Assembly: GCA_964016885.1 (NCBI GenBank)
Contig: OZ024741.1
Coordinates: forward strand, 249,736,001 to 249,800,000
Length of the DNA stretch: 64,000 nt
DNA from: Eledone cirrhosa
Lineage: Eukaryota
Direction of reading: 5' to 3'
Both the position numbers and the translations under genes were made by a program. Under the pieces are notes generated by a model that saw nothing but the letters and a program-made list of their open reading frames with translations, was not told the origin of the DNA and made no database searches. Positions 11,201 through 26,223 of the stretch are shown here, piece after piece (the first letter of the stretch is position 1; every line of letters begins with the position of its first letter).

Positions 11201-14200
11201 GGGGGAGATAATTTGTAGAAAAAATCAGGGGTAGATAATTTGTAAAAAAAATCAGGGGTAGATAATTTCCAGCCGTCCAAGGGGAGATAATTTCCATCCT
11301 TCCAAGGGGAGATAATTTCCAGCCGTCCAAGGGGAGATAATTTCCCGCCAGCCAAGGAGAGATAATATTTAAAAAAATCAGGCGGAGATAATTTGTAAAA
11401 AAAATCAGGGGGAGATAATTTGTAAAAAAATCAGGGGGAGATAATTTGTAAAAAAAAATCAGGGGGAGATAATTTGTAAAAAAAATCAGGGGGAGATAAT
11501 TTGTAAAAAAAATCAGGGGTAGATAATTTGTAAAAAAAAATCAGGGGGAGATAATTTGTAAAAAAAAAATCAGGGGGAGATAATTTGTAAAAAAATCAAG
11601 GGGAGATAATTTCCAGCCGTCCAAGGGGAGATAATTTTCAGCCGTCCAAGGAGAGGTAATTTCTAGCCGTCCAAGGGGAGATAATTTCCAGCCGTCCAAG
11701 GGGAGATAATTTTTTTAAAAAAATCAGGCGGAGATAATTTGTAAACAAAAATCAGGGGGAGATAATTTGTAAAAAAAAATCAGGGGGAGATAATTTGTAA
11801 AAAAAAATCAGGGGGAGATAATTTGTAAAAAAAATCAAGGGGAGATAATTTGTCAAAAAAAATCAGGGGTAGATAATTTGTAAAAAAAAATCAGGGGGAG
11901 ATAATTTGTAAAAAAAAAATCAGGGGGAGATAATTTGTAAAAAAATCAAGGGGAGATAATTTCCAGCCGTCCAAGGGGAGATAATTTTCAGCCGTCCAAG
12001 GAGAGGTAATTTCTAGCCGTCCAAGGGGAGATAATTTCCAGCCAGCCAAGGGGAGATAATTTGTAAAAAAATCAGGGGTAGATAATTTGTAAAAAAAAAT
12101 CAGGGGGAGATAATTTGTAAAAAAAATCAGGGGGAGATAATTTGTAAAAAAAATCAGGGGTAGATAATTTCCAGCCGTCCAAGGGGTGATAATTTCCATC
12201 CTTCCAAGGGGAGATAATTTCCAGCCGTCCAAGGGGAGATAATTTCCCGCAAGCCAAGGAGAGATAACATTTAAAAAAATCAGGCGGAGATAATTTGTAA
12301 AAAAAATCAGGGGGAGATAATTTGTAAAAAAATCAGGGGGAGATAATTTGTAAAAAAAATCAGGGGTAGATAATTTCCAGCCGTCCAAGGGGAGATAATT
12401 TCCATCCTTCCAAGGGGAGATAATTTCCAGCCGTCCAAGGGGAGATAATTTCCCGCCAGCCAAGGAGAGATAATATTTAAAAAAATCAGGCGGAGATAAT
12501 TTGTAAAAAAAATCAGGGGGAGATAATTTGTAAAAAAATCAGGGGGAGATAATTTGTAAAAAAAAATCAGGGGAGATAATTTGTAAAAAAAATCAGGGGG
12601 AGATAATTTGTAAAAAAAAATCAGGGGTAGATAATTTGTAAAAAAAAATCAGGGGGAGATAATTTGTAAAAAAAAAATCAGGGGGAGATAATTCGTAAAA
12701 AAATCAAGGGGAGATAATTTCCAGCCGTCCAAGGGGAGATAATTTTCAGCCGTCCAAGGAGGTAATTTCTAGCCGTCCAAGGGGAGATAATTTCCAGCCG
12801 TCCAAGGGGAGATAATTTTTTTAAAAAAATCAGGCGGAGATAATTTGTAAACAAAAATCAGGGGGAGATAATTTGTAAAAAAAAATCATGGGGAGATAAT
12901 TTGTAAAAAAAAATCAGGGGGAGATAATTTGTAAAAAAAATCAAGGGGAGATAATTTCCAGCCGTCCAAGGGGAGGTAATATCTAGCCATCCAAGGGGAG
13001 ATAATTTCCAGCCGTCCAAGGGGAGATAATTTCCAGCCGTCCAAGGGGAGATAATATCCAGCCGTCCAAGGAGACATATTTTCCAGCCGTCCAAGGAGAG
13101 GTAATTTCTAGCCGTCCAAGGGGAGATAAGTTCCAGCCTCCAAGGGGAGATAATTTCCAGCCAGCCAAGGGGAGATAATTTGTAAAAAAATCAGGGGGAG
13201 ATAATTTGTAAAAAAAAAATCAGGGGGAGATAATTTGTAAAAAAATCAGGGGGAGATAATTTGTAAAAAAAATCAGGGGGAGATAATTTGTAGAAAAAAT
13301 CAGGGGTAGATAATTTGTAAAAAAAATCAGGGGGAGATAATTTGTAAAAAAAATCAGGGGGAGATAATTTGTAAAAAAAATCAGGGGTAGATAATTTTCA
13401 GCCGTCCAAGGGGAGATAATTTCCATCCTTCCAAGGGGAGATAATTTCCAGCCGTCCAAGGGGAGATAATTTCCCGCCAGCCAAGGAGAGATAACATTTA
13501 AAAAAATCAGGCGGAGATAATTTGTAAAAAAAATCAGGGGGAGATAATTTGTAAAAAAATCAGGGGGAGATAATTTGTAAAAAAAATCAGGGGTAGATAA
13601 TTTCCAGCCGTCCAAGGGGAGATAATTTCCATCCTTCCAAGGGGAGATAATTTCCAGCCGTCCAAGGGGAGATAATTTCCCGCCAGCCAAGGAGAGATAA
13701 TATTTAAAAAAATCAGGCGGAGATAATTTGTAAAAAAAATCAGGGGGAGATAATTTGTAAAAAAATCAGGGGGAGATAATTTGTAAAAAAAAATCAGGGG
13801 GAGATAATTTGTAAAAAAAACAGGGGGAGATAATTTGTAAAAAAAATCAGGGGTAGATAATTTGTAAAAAAAAATCAGGGGGAGATAATTTGTAAAAAAA
13901 AAATCAGGGGGAGATAATTTGTAAAAAAATCAAGGGGAGATAATTTCCAGCCGTCCAAGGGGAGATAATTTTCAGCCGTCCAAGGAGAGGTAATTTCTAG
14001 CCGTCCAAGGGGAGATAATTTCCAGCCGTCCAAGGGGAGATAATTTTTTTAAAAAAATCAGGCGGAGATAATTTGTAAACAAAAATCAGGGGAAGATAAT
14101 TTGTAAAAAAAAATCAGGGGGAGATAATTTGTAAAAAAAAATCAGGGGGAGATAATTTGTAAAAAAATCAAGGGGAGATAATTTCCAGCCGTCCAAGGGG

Positions 14201-17200
14201 AGGTAATATCTAGCCATCCAAGGGGAGATAATTTCCAGCCGTCCAAGGGGAGATATTTTCCAGCCGTCCAAGGAGAGGTAATTTCTAGCCGTCCAAGGGG
14301 AGATAAGTTCCTGCCTCCAAGGGGAGATAATTTCCAGCCAGCCAAGGGGAGATAATTTGTAAAAAAATCAGGGGGAGATAATTTGTAAAAAAAAAATCAG
14401 GGGGAGATAATTTGTAAAAAAATCAGGGGGAGATAATTTGTAAAAAAAAAATCAGGGGGAGATAATTTGTAAAAAAAATCAGGGGGAGATAATTTGTAAA
14501 AAAAATCAGGGGTAGATAATTTGTAAAAAAAATCAGGGGGAGATAATTTGTAAAAAAAATCAGGGGGAGATAATTTGTAAAAAAAATCAGGGGTAGATAA
14601 TTTTCAGCCCTCCAAGGGGAGATAATTTCCATCCTTCCAAGGGGAGATAATTTCCAGCCGTCCAAGGGGAGATAATTTCCCGCCAGCCAAGGAGAGATAA
14701 CATTTAAAAAAATCAGGCGGAGATAATTTGTAAAAAAAATCAGGGGGAGATAATTTGTAAAAAAATTAGGGGGAGATAATTTGTAAAAAAAATCAGGGGT
14801 AGATAATTTCCAGCCGTCCAAGGGGAGATAATTTCCATCCTTCCAAGGGGAGATAATTTCCAGCCGTCCAAGGGGAGATAATTTCCCGCCAGCCAAGGAG
14901 AGATAATATTTAAAAAAATCAGGCGGAGATAATTTGTAAAAAAAATCAGGGGGAGATAATTTGTAAAAAAATCAGGGGGAGATAATTTGTAAAAAAAAAT
15001 CAGGGGGAGATAATTTGTAAAAAAAATCAGGGGGAGATAATTTGTAAAAAAAAATCAGGGGTAGATAATTTGTAAAAAAAAATCAGGGGGAGATAATTTG
15101 TAAAAAAAAATCAGGGGGAGATAATTTGTAAAAAAATCAAGGGGAGATAATTTCCAGCCGTCCAAGGGGAGATAATTTTCAGCCGTCCAAGGAGAGGTAA
15201 TTTCTAGCCGTCCAAGGGGAGAGAATTTCCAGCCGTCCAAGGGGAGATAATTTTTTTAAAAAAATCAGGCGGAGATAATTTGTAAACAAAAATCAGGGGG
15301 AGATAATTTGTAAAAAAAAATCAGGGGGAGATAATTTGTAAAAAAAAATCAGGGGGAGATAATTTGTAAAAAAAATCAAGGGGAGATAATTTCCAGCCGT
15401 CCAAGGGGAGGTAATATCTAGCCATCCAAGGGGAGATAATTTCCAGCCGTCCAAGGGGAGATAATTTCCAGCCGTCCAAGGGGAGATAATATCCAGCCGT
15501 CCAAGGAGACATATTTTCCAGCCGTCCAAGGAGACGTAATTTCTAGCCGTCCAAGGGGAGATAAGTTCCAGCCTCCAAGGGGAGATAATTTCCAGCCAGC
15601 CAAGGGGAGATAATTTGTAAAAAAATTAGGGGGAGATAATTTGTAAAAAAAAATTAGGGGGAGATAATTTGTAAAAAAAAATCAGGGGGAGATAATTTGT
15701 AAAAAAAAATCAGGGGGAGATAATTTGTAAAAAAAAATCAGGGGGAGATAATTTGTAAAAAAAAAATCAGGCGGAGATAATTTGTAAAAAAATCAAGGGG
15801 AGATAATTTCCAGCCGTCCAAGGGGAGATAATTTTTTTAAAAAAATCAGGCGGAGATAATTTGTAAACAAAAATCAGGGGGAGATAATTTGTAAAAAAAA
15901 ATCAGGGGGAGATAATTTGTAAAAAAAATCAGGGGGAGATAATTTGTAAAAAAAATCAAGGGGAGATAATTTGTAAAAAAAAATCAGGGGTAGATAATTT
16001 GTAAAAAAAAATCAGGGGGAGATAATTTGTAAAAAAAAAATCAGGGGGAGATAATTTGTAAAAAAATCAAGGGGAGATAATTTCCAGCCGTCCAAGGGGA
16101 GATAATTTTCAGCCGTCCAAGGAGAGGTAATTTCTAGCCGTCCAAGGGGAGATAATTTCCATCCAGCCAAGGGGAGATAATTTGTAAAAAAATCAGGGGT
16201 AGATAATTTGTAAAAAAAAATCAGGGGGAGATAATTTGTAAAAAAAATCAGGGGGAGATAATTTGTAAAAAAAATCAGGGGTAGATAATTTCCAGCCGTC
16301 CAAGGGGAGATAATTTCCATCCTTCCAAGGGGAGATAATTTCCAGCCGTCCAAGGGGAGATAATTTCCCGCCAGCCAAGGAGAGATAACATTTAAAAAAA
16401 TCAGGCGGAGATAATTTGTAAAAAAAATCAGGGGGAGATAATTTGTAAAAAAATCAGGGGGAGATAATTTGTAAAAAAAATCAGGGGTAGATAATTTCCA
16501 GCCGTCCAAGGGGAGATAATTTCCATCCTTCCAAGGGGAGATAATTTCCAGCCGTCCAAGGGGAGATAATTTCCCGCCAGCCAAGGAGAGATAATATTTA
16601 AAAAAATCAGGCGGAGATAATTTGTAAAAAAAATCAGGGGGAGATAATTTGTAAAAAAATCAGGGGGAGATAATTTGTAAAAAAAAATCAGGGGAGATAA
16701 TTTGTAAAAAAAATCAGGGGGTGATAATTTGTAAAAAAAATCAGGGGTAGATAATTTGTAAAAAAAAATCAGGGGGAGATAATTTGTAAAAAAAAAATCA
16801 GGGGGAGATAATTTGTAAAAAAATCAAGGGGAGATAATTTCCAACCGTCCAAGGGGAGATAATTTTCAGCCGTCCAAGGAGGTAATTTCTAGCCGTCCAA
16901 GGGGAGATAATTTCCAGCCGTCCAAGGGGAGATAATTTTTTTAAAAAAATCAGGCGGAGATAATTTGTAAACAAAAATCAGGGGGAGATAATTTGTAAAA
17001 AAAAATCAGGGGGAGATAATTTGTAAAAAAAATCGAGGGGAGATAATTTCCAGCCGTCCAAGGGGAGGTAATATCTAGCCATCCAAAGGGAGATAATTTC
17101 CAGCCGTCCAAGGGGAGATAATTTCCAGCCGTCCAAGGGGAGATAATACCCAGCCGTCCAAGGAGACATATTTTCCAGCCGTCCAAGGAGAGGTAATTTC

Positions 17201-20200
17201 TAGCCGTCCAAGGGGAGATAAGTTCCAGCCTCCAAGGGGAGATAATTTCCAGCCAGCCAAGGGGAGATAATTTGTAAAAAAATCAGGGGGAGATAATTTG
17301 TAAAAAAAAAATCAGGGGGAGATAATTTGTAAAAAAATCAGGGGGAGATAATTTGTAAAAAAAAAATCAGGGGGAGATAATTTGTAAAAAAAATCAGGGG
17401 GAGATAATTTGTAGAAAAAATCAGGGGTAGATAATTTGTAAAAAAAATCAGGGGGAGATAATTTGTAAAAAAAATCAGGGGGAGATAATTTGTAAAAGAA
17501 ATCAGGGGTAGATAATTTTCAGTCGTCCAAGGGGAGATAATTTCCATCCTTCCAAGGGGAGATAATTTCCAGCCGTCCAAGGGGAGATAATTTCCCGCCA
17601 GCCAAGGAGAGATAACATTTAAAAAAATCAGGCGGAGATAATTTGTAAAAAAAATCAGGGGGAGATAATTTGTAAAAAAATCAGGGGGAGATAATTTGTA
17701 AAAAAAATCAGGGGTAGATAATTTCCAGCCGTCCAAGGGGAGATAATTTCCATCCTTCCAAGGGGAGATAATTTCCAGCCGTCCAAGGGGAGATAATTTC
17801 CCGCCAGCCAAGGAGAGATAATATTTAAAAAAATCAGGCGGAGATAATTTGTAAAAAAAATCAGGGGGAGATAATTTGTAAAAAAATCAGGGGGAGATAA
17901 TTTGTAAAAAAAAATCAGGGGGAGATAATTTGTAAAAAAAATCAGGGGGAGATAATTTGTAAAAAAAATCAGGGGTAGATAATTTGTAAAAAAAAATCAG
18001 GGGGAGATAATTTGTAAAAAAAAAATCAGGGGGAGATAATTTGTAAAAAAATCAAGGTGAGATAATTTCCAGCCGTCCAAGGGGAGATAATTTTCAGCCG
18101 TCCAAGGAGAGGTAATTGCTAGCCGTCCAAGGGGAGATAATTTCCAGCCGTCCAAGGGGAGATAATTTTTTTAAAAAAATCAGGCGGAGATAATTTGTAA
18201 ACAAAAATCAGGGGGAGATAATTTGTAAAAAAAAATCAGGGGGAGATAATTTGTAAAAAAAAATCAGGGGGAGATAATTTGTAAAAAAAATCAAGGGGAG
18301 ATAATTTCCAGCCGTCCAAGGGGAGGTAATATCTAGCCATCCAAGGGGAGATAATTTCCAGCCGTCCAAGGGGAGATAATTTCCAGCCGTCCAAGGGGAG
18401 ATAATATCCAGCCGTCCAAGGAGACATATTTTCCAGCCGTCCAAGGAGAGGTAATTTCTAGCCGTCCAAGGGGAGATAAGTTCCAGCCTCCAAGGGGAGA
18501 TAATTTCCAGCCAGCCAAGGGGAGATAATTTGTAAAAAAATCAGGGGGAGATAATTTGTAAAAAAAAATCAGGGGGAGATAATTTGTAAAAAAATCAGGG
18601 GGAGATAATTTGTAAAAAAAAAATCAGGGGGAGATAATTTGTAAAAAAAATCAGGGGGAGATAATTTGTAAAAAAATCAGGGGTAGATAATTTGTAAAAA
18701 AAATCAGGGGGAGATAATTTGTAAAAAAAATCAGGGGGAGATAATTTGTAAAAAAAATCAGGGGTAGATAATTTTCAGCCGTCCAAGGGGAGATAATTTC
18801 CATCCTTCCAAGGGGAGATAATTTCCAGCCGTCCAAGGGGAGATAATTTCCCGCCAGCCAAGGAGAGATAACATTTAAAAAAATCAGGCGGAGATAATTT
18901 GTAAAAAAATCAGGGGGAGATAATTTGTAAAAAAAATCAGGGGGAGATAATTTGTAAAAAAAATCAGGGGGAGATAATTTGTAAAAAAAAATCAGGGGTA
19001 GATAATTTGTAAAAAAAAATCAGGGGGAGATAATTTGTAAAAAAAAATCAGGGGGAGATAATTTGTAAAAAAATCAAGGGGAGATAATTTCCAGCCGTCC
19101 AAGGGGAGATAATTTCCAGCCGTCCAAGGGGAGGTAATATCTAGCCATCCAAGGGGAGATAATTTCCAGCCGTCCAAGGGGAGATAATTTCCAGCCGTCC
19201 AAGGGGAGATAATATCCAGCCGTCCAAGGAGACATATTTTCCAGCCGTCCAAGGAGACGTAATTTCTAGCCGTCCAAGGGGAGATAAGTTCCAGCCTCCA
19301 AGGGGAGATAATTTCCAGCCAGCCAAGGGGAGATAATTTGTAAAAAAATCAGGGGAGATAATTTGTAAAAAAAATCAGGGGGAGATAATTTGTAAAAAAA
19401 AATCAGGGGTAGATAATTTGTAAAAAAAATCAGGGGGAGATAATTTGTAAAAAAAAAATCAGGGGGAGATAATTTGTAAAAAAATCAAGGGGAGATAATT
19501 TCCAACCGTCCAAGGGGAGATAATTTTCAGCCGTCCAAGGAGGTAATTTCTAGCCGTCCAAGGGGAGATAATTTCCAGCCGTCCAAGGGGAGATAATTTT
19601 TTTAAAAAAATCAGGCGGAGATAATTTGTAAACAAAAATCAGGGGGAGATAATTTGTAAAAAAAAATCAGGGGGAGATAATTTGTAAAAAAAATCAGGGG
19701 GAGATAATTTGTAAAAAAAATCAAGGGGAGATAATTTCCAGCCGTCCAAGGGGAGGTAATATCTAGCCATCCAAAGGGAGATAATTTCCAGCCGTCCAAG
19801 GGGAGATAATTTCCAGCCGTCCAAGGGGAGATAATATCCAGCCGTCCAAGGAGACATATTTTCCAGCCGTCCAAGGAGAGGTAATTTCTAGCCGTCCAAG
19901 GGGAGATAAGTTCCAGCCTCCAAGGGGAGATAATTTCCAGCCAGCCAAGGGGAGATAATTTGTAAAAAAATCAGGGGGAGATAATTTGTAAAAAAAAAAT
20001 CAGGGGGAGATAATTTGTAAAAAAATCAGGGGGAGATAATTTGTAAAAAAAAAATCAGGGGGAGATAATTTGTAAAAAAAATCAGGGGGAGATAATTTGT
20101 AGAAAAAATCAGGGGTAGATAATTTGTAAAAAAAATCAGGGGGAGATAATTTGTAAAAAAAATCAGGGGGAGATAATTTGTAAAAAAAATCAGGGGTAGA

Positions 20201-20329
20201 TAATTTTCAGCCGTCCAAGGGGAGATAATTTCCATCCTTCCAAGGGGAGATAATTTCCAGCCGTCCAAGGGGAGATAATTTCCCGCCAGCCAAGGAGAGA
20301 TAACATTTAAAAAAATCAGGCGGAGATAA

Positions 20330-23300
20330 TTTGTAAAAAAAATCAGGGGGAGATAATTTGTAAAAAAATCAGGGGGAGATAATTTGTAAAAAAAAATCAG
20401 GGGAGATAATTTGTAAAAAAAATCAGGGGGAGATAATTTGTAAAAAAAAATCAGGGGTAGATAATTTGTAAAAAAAAATCAGGGGGAGATAATTTGTAAA
20501 AAAAAAATCAGGGGGAGATAATTTGTAAAAAAATCAAGGGGAGATAATTTCCAGCCGTCCAAGGGGAGATAATTTTCAGCCGTCCAAGGAGGTAATTTCT
20601 AGCCGTCCAAGGGGAGATAATTTCCAGCCGTCCAAGGGAAGATAATTTTTTTAAAAAAATCAGGCGGAGATAATTTGTAAACAAAAATCAGGGGGAGATA
20701 ATTTGTAAAAAAAAATCAGGGGGAGATAATTTGTAAAAAAAAATCAGGGGGAGATAATTTGTAAAAAAAATCAAGGGGAGATAATTTCCAGCCGTCCAAG
20801 GGGAGGTAATATCTAGCCATCCAAGGGGAGATAATTTCCAGCCGTCCAAGGGGAGATAATTTCCAGCCGTCAAAGGGGAGATAATATCCAGCCGTCCAAG
20901 GAGACATATTTTCCAGCCGTCCAAGGAGAGGTAATTTCTAGCCGTCCAAGGGGAGATAAGTTCCAGCCTCCAAGGGGAGATAATTTCCAGCCAGCCAAGG
21001 GGAGATAATTTGTAAAAAAATCAGGGGGAGATAATTTGTAAAAAAAAATCAGGGGGAGATAATTTGTAAAAAAATCAGGGGGAGATAATTTGTAAAAAAA
21101 AAATCAGGGGGAGATAATTTGTAAAAAAAATCAGGGGGAGATAATTTGTAGAAAAAATCAGGGGTAGATAATTTGTAAAAAAAATCAGGGGGAGATAATT
21201 TGTAAAAAAAATCAGGGGGAGATAATTTGTAAAAAAAATCAGGGGTAGATAATTTTCAGCCGTCCAAGGGGAGATAATTTCCATCCTTCCAAGGGGAGAT
21301 AATTTCCAGCCGTCCAAGGGGAGATAATTTCCCGCCAGCCAAGGAGAGATAACATTTAAAAAAATCAGGCGGAGATAATTTGTAAAAAAAATCAGGGGGA
21401 GATAATTTGTAAAAAAATCAGGGGGAGATAATTTGTAAAAAAAATCAGGGGTAGATAATTTCCAGCCGTCCAAGGGGAGATAATTTCCATCCTTCCAAGG
21501 GGAGATAATTTCCAGCCGTCCAAGGGGAGATAATTTCCCGCCAGCCAAGGAGAGATAATATTTTAAAAAATCAGGCGGAGATAATTTGTAAAAAAAATCA
21601 GGGGGAGATTATTTGTAAACAAAAATCAGGGGGAGATAATTTGTAAAAAAAATCAGGCGGAGATAATTTGTAAACAAAAATCAGGGGGAGATAATTTGTA
21701 AAAAAAAATCAGGGGGAGATAATTTGTAAAAAAAAATCAGGGGGAGATAATTTGTAAAAAAAAATCAAGGGGAGATAATTTCCAGCCGTCCAAGGGGAGG
21801 TAATATCTAGCCATCCAAGGGGAGATAATTTCCAGCCGTCCAAGGGGAGATAATTTCCAGCCGTCCAAGGGGAGATAATATCCAGCCGTCCAAGGAGACA
21901 TATTTTCCAGCCGTCCAAGGAGAGGTAATTTCTAGCCGTCCAAGGGGAGATAAGTTCCTGCCTCCAAGGGGAGATAATTTCCAGCCAGCCAAGGGGAGAT
22001 AATTTGTAAAAAAATCAGGGGGAGATAATTTGTAAAAAAAAAATCAGGGGGAGATAATTTGTAAAAAAATCAGGGTGAGATAATTTGTAAAAAAAAAATC
22101 AGGGGGAGATAATTTGTAAAAAAAATCAGGGGGAGATAATTTGTAGAAAAAATCAGGGGTAGATAATTTGTAAAAAAAATCAGGGGGAGATAATTTATAA
22201 AAAAAATCAGGGGGAGATAATTTGTAAAAAAAATCAGGGGTAGATAATTTTCAGCCGTCCAAGGGGAGATAATTTCCATCCTTCCAAGGGGAGATAATTT
22301 CCAGCCGTCCAAGGGGAGATAATTTCCCGCCAGCCAAGGAGAGATAACATTTAAAAAAATCAGGCGGAGATAATTTGTAAAAAAAATCAGGGGGAGATAA
22401 TTTGTAAAAAAATCAGGGGGAGATAATTTGTAAAAAAAATCAGGGGTAGATAATTTCCAGCCGTCCAAGGGGAGATAATTTCCATCCTTCCAAGGGGAGA
22501 TAATTTCCAGCCGTCCAAGGGGAGGTAATATCTAGCCATCCAAGGGGAGATAATTTCCAGCCGTCCAAGGGGAGATAATTTCCAGCCGTCCAAGGGGAGA
22601 TAATATCCAGCCGTCCAAGGAGACATATTTTCCAGCCGTCCAAGGAGACGTAATTTCTAGCCGTCCAAGGGGAGATAAGTTCCAGCCTCCAAGGGGAGAT
22701 AATTTCCAGCCAGCCAAGGGGAGATAATTTGTAAAAAAATTAGGGGGAGATAATTTGTAAATAAAAATTAGGGGGAGATAATTTGTAAAAAAAAATCAGG
22801 GGGAGATAATTTGTAAAAAAATCAGGGGGAGATAATTTGTAAAAAAAAATCAGGGGTAGATAATTTCCAGCCGTCCAAGGGGAGATAATTTCCATCCTTC
22901 CAAGGGGAGATAATTTCCAGCCGTCCAAGGGGAGATAATTTCCCGCCAGCCAAGGAGAGATAATATTTAAAAAAATCAGGCGGAGATAATTTGTAAAAAA
23001 AATCAGGGGGAGATAATTTGTAAAAAAATCAGGGGGAGATAATTTGTAAAAAAAAATCAGGGGAGATAATTTGTAAAAAAAATCAGGGGGAGATAATTTG
23101 TAAAAAAAAATCAGGGGTAGATAATTTGTAAAAAAAAATCAGGGGGAGATAATTTGTAAAAAAAAAATCAGGGGGAGATAATTTGTAAAAAAATCAAGGG
23201 GAGATAATTTCCAGCCGTCCAAGGGGAGATAATTTTCAGCCGTCCAAGGAGGTAATTTCTAGCCGTCCAAGGGGAGATAATTTCCAGCCGTCCAAGGGGA

Positions 23301-25450
23301 GATAATTTTTTTTAAAAAATCAGGCGGAGATAATTTGTAAACAAAAATCAGGGGGAGATAATTTGTAAAAAAAAATCAGGGGGAGATAATTTGTAAAAAA
23401 AAATCAGGGGGAGATAATTTGTAAAAAAAATCAAGGGGAGATAATTTCCAGCCGTCCAAGGGGAGGTAATATCTAGCCATCCAAGGGGAGATAATTTCCA
23501 GCCGTCCAAGGGGAGATAATTTCCAGCCGTCAAAGGGGAGATAATATCCAGCCGTCCAAGGAGACATATTTTCCAGCCGTCCAAGGAGAGGTAATTTCTA
23601 GCCGTCCAAGGGGAGATAAGTTCCAGCCTCCAAGGGGAGATAATTTCCAGCCAGCCAAGGGGAGATAATTTGTAAAAAAATCAGGGGGAGATAATTTGTA
23701 AAAAAAAATCAGGGGGAGATAATTTGTAAAAAAATCAGGGGGAGATAATTTGTAAAAAAAAAATCAGGGGGAGATAATTTGTAAAAAAAATCAGGGGGAG
23801 ATAATTTGTAGAAAAAATCAGGGGTAGATAATTTGTAAAAAAAATCAGGGGGAGATAATTTGTAAAAAAAATCAGGGGGAGATAATTTGTAAAAAAAATC
23901 AGGGGTAGATAATTTTCAGCCGTCCAAGGGGAGATAATTTCCATCCTTCCAAGGGGAGATAATTTCCAGCCGTCCAAGGGGAGATAATTTCCCGCCAGCC
24001 AAGGAGAGATAACATTTAAAAAAATCAGGCGGAGATAATTTGTAAAAAAAATCAGGGGGAGATAATTTGTAAAAAAATCAGGGGGAGATAATTTGTAAAA
24101 AAAATCAGGGGTAGATAATTTCCAGCCGTCCAAGGGGAGATAATTTCCATCCTTCCAAGGGGAGATAATTTCCAGCCGTCCAAGGGGAGATAATTTCCCG
24201 CCAGCCAAGGAGAGATAATATTTAAAAAAATCAGGCGGAGATAATTTGTAAAAAAAATCAGGGGGAGATAATTTGTAAACAAAAATCAGGGGGAGATAAT
24301 TTGTAAAAAAAATCAGGCGGAGATAATTTGTAAACAAAAATCAGGGGGAGATAATTTGTAAAAAAAAATCAGGGGGAGATAATTTGTAAAAAAAAATCAG
24401 GGGGAGATAATTTGTAAAAAAAAATCAAGGGGAGATAATTTCCAGCCGTCCAAGGGGAGGTAATATCTAGCCATCCAAGGGGAGATAATTTCCAGCCGTC
24501 CAAGGGGAGATAATTTCCAGCCGTCCAAGGGGAGATAATATCCAGCCGTCCAAGGAGACATATTTTCCAGCCGTCCAAGGAGAGGTAATTTCTAGCCGTC
24601 CAAGGGGAGATAAGTTCCTGCCTCCAAGGGGAGATAATTTCCAGCCAGCCAAGGGGAGATAATTTGTAAAAAAATCAGGGGGAGATAATTTGTAAAAAAA
24701 AAATCAGGGGGAGATAATTTGTAAAAAAATCAGGGTGAGATAATTTGTAAAAAAAAAATCAGGGGGAGATAATTTGTAAAAAAAATCAGGGGGAGATAAT
24801 TTGTAGAAAAAATCAGGGGTAGATAATTTGTAAAAAAAATCAGGGGGAGATAATTTATAAAAAAAATCAGGGGGAGATAATTTGTAAAAAAAATCAGGGG
24901 TAGATAATTTTCAGCCGTCCAAGGGGAGATAATTTCCATCCTTCCAAGGGGAGATAATTTCCAGCCGTCCAAGGGGAGATAATTTCCCGCCAGCCAAGGA
25001 GAGATAACATTTAAAAAAATCAGGCGGAGATAATTTGTAAAAAAAATCAGGGGGAGATAATTTGTAAAAAAATCAGGGGGAGATAATTTGTAAAAAAAAT
25101 CAGGGGTAGATAATTTCCAGCCGTCCAAGGGGAGATAATTTCCATCCTTCCAAGGGGAGATAATTTCCAGCCGTCCAAGGGGAGGTAATATCTAGCCATC
25201 CAAGGGGAGATAATTTCCAGCCGTCCAAGGGGAGATAATTTCCAGCCGTCCAAGGGGAGATAATATCCAGCCGTCCAAGGAGACATATTTTCCAGCCGTC
25301 CAAGGAGACGTAATTTCTAGCCGTCCAAGGGGAGATAAGTTCCAGCCTCCAAGGGGAGATAATTTCCAGCCAGCCAAGGGGAGATAATTTGTAAAAAAAT
25401 TAGGGGGAGATAATTTGTAAATAAAAATTAGGGGGAGATAATTTGTAAAA
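20330..25450. repeat. Duplication at offset 2,660 bp (~20,330-22,790 vs ~22,990-25,450)
   Basis: ORFs 20688/23348, 21709/24369, 22070/24730 and 22532/25192. Private variant GTCAAAGGGG at ~20870 and ~23530. Edges are approximate. Confidence 0.88.
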
Positions 25451-26024
25451 AAAAATCAGGGGGAGATAATTTGTAAAAAAAATCAAGGGGAGATAATTTC
25501 CAGCCGTCCAAGGGGAGATAATTTTCAGCCGTCCAAGGAGAGGTAAATTCTAGCCGTCCAAGGAGATATAATTTCCAGCCGTCCAAGGGGAGATAATTTC
25601 CAGCCGTCCAAGGGGAGATAATTTTAAAAAAAAAATCAGGCGGAGATAATTTGTAAACAAAAATCAGGGGGAGATAATTTGTAAAAAAAAATCAGGGGGA
25701 GATAATTTGTAAAAAAATTCAAGGGGAGATAATTTCCAGCCGTCCAAGGGGAGGTAATATCTAGCCATCCAAGGGGAGATAATTTCCAGCCGTCCAAGGG
25801 GAGATAATTTCCAGCCGTCCAAGGGGAGATAATATCCAGCCGTCCAAGGAGACATATTTTCCAGCCGTCCAAGGAGAGGTAATTTCTAGCCGTCCAAGGG
25901 GAGATAAGTTCCAGCCTCCAAGGGGAGATAATTTCCAGCTAGCCAAGGGGAGATAATTTGTAAAAAAATCAGGGGGGAGATAATTTGTAAAAAAAATCAG
26001 GGGGAGATAATTTGAAAAAAATAT

Positions 26025-26223
26025 CAAGGGGAGATAATTTCCAGCCCTCCAAGGGGCTATAATTTCCAGCCGTGCAAGGGGAGATAATTTCCAGCCGTCC
26101 AAGGGGAGATAATTTCCATCCTTCCAAGGGGAGATAATTTCCAGCCGTCCAAGGGGAGATAATTTCCCGCCAGCCAAGGGAAGATAATTTTTTAAAAAAT
26201 CAGGCGGAGATTGTAAAAAAAAT
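26025..26223. repeat. Divergent W block (A6, an extended X block); seven copies starting at 26025, 31993, 36407, 45857, 47883, 56267 and 58293
   Basis: AATATCAAG entry, CCAGCCCTC, GGGG(C/T)TATAAT, GCCGTGCAA, GGGAAGATAA exit and a 4-bp deletion giving GGCGGAGATTGT. Confidence 0.88.

Larger units (their letters stand above)
1..15530. repeat. Near-identical duplication at offset 9,021 bp: 1-~6,500 repeated at 9,022-~15,530
   Basis: Position 1 (caggggtagataattttcag) matches 9022. ORFs 849/9870, 1762/10783, 2870/11891, 5065/14086 and 6397/15418 all differ by 9,021. Private variants are shared (GAGAGAAAACATTT, CCCGCAAGCC, ATCATGGGG, AAAACAGGGG). Confidence 0.92.
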
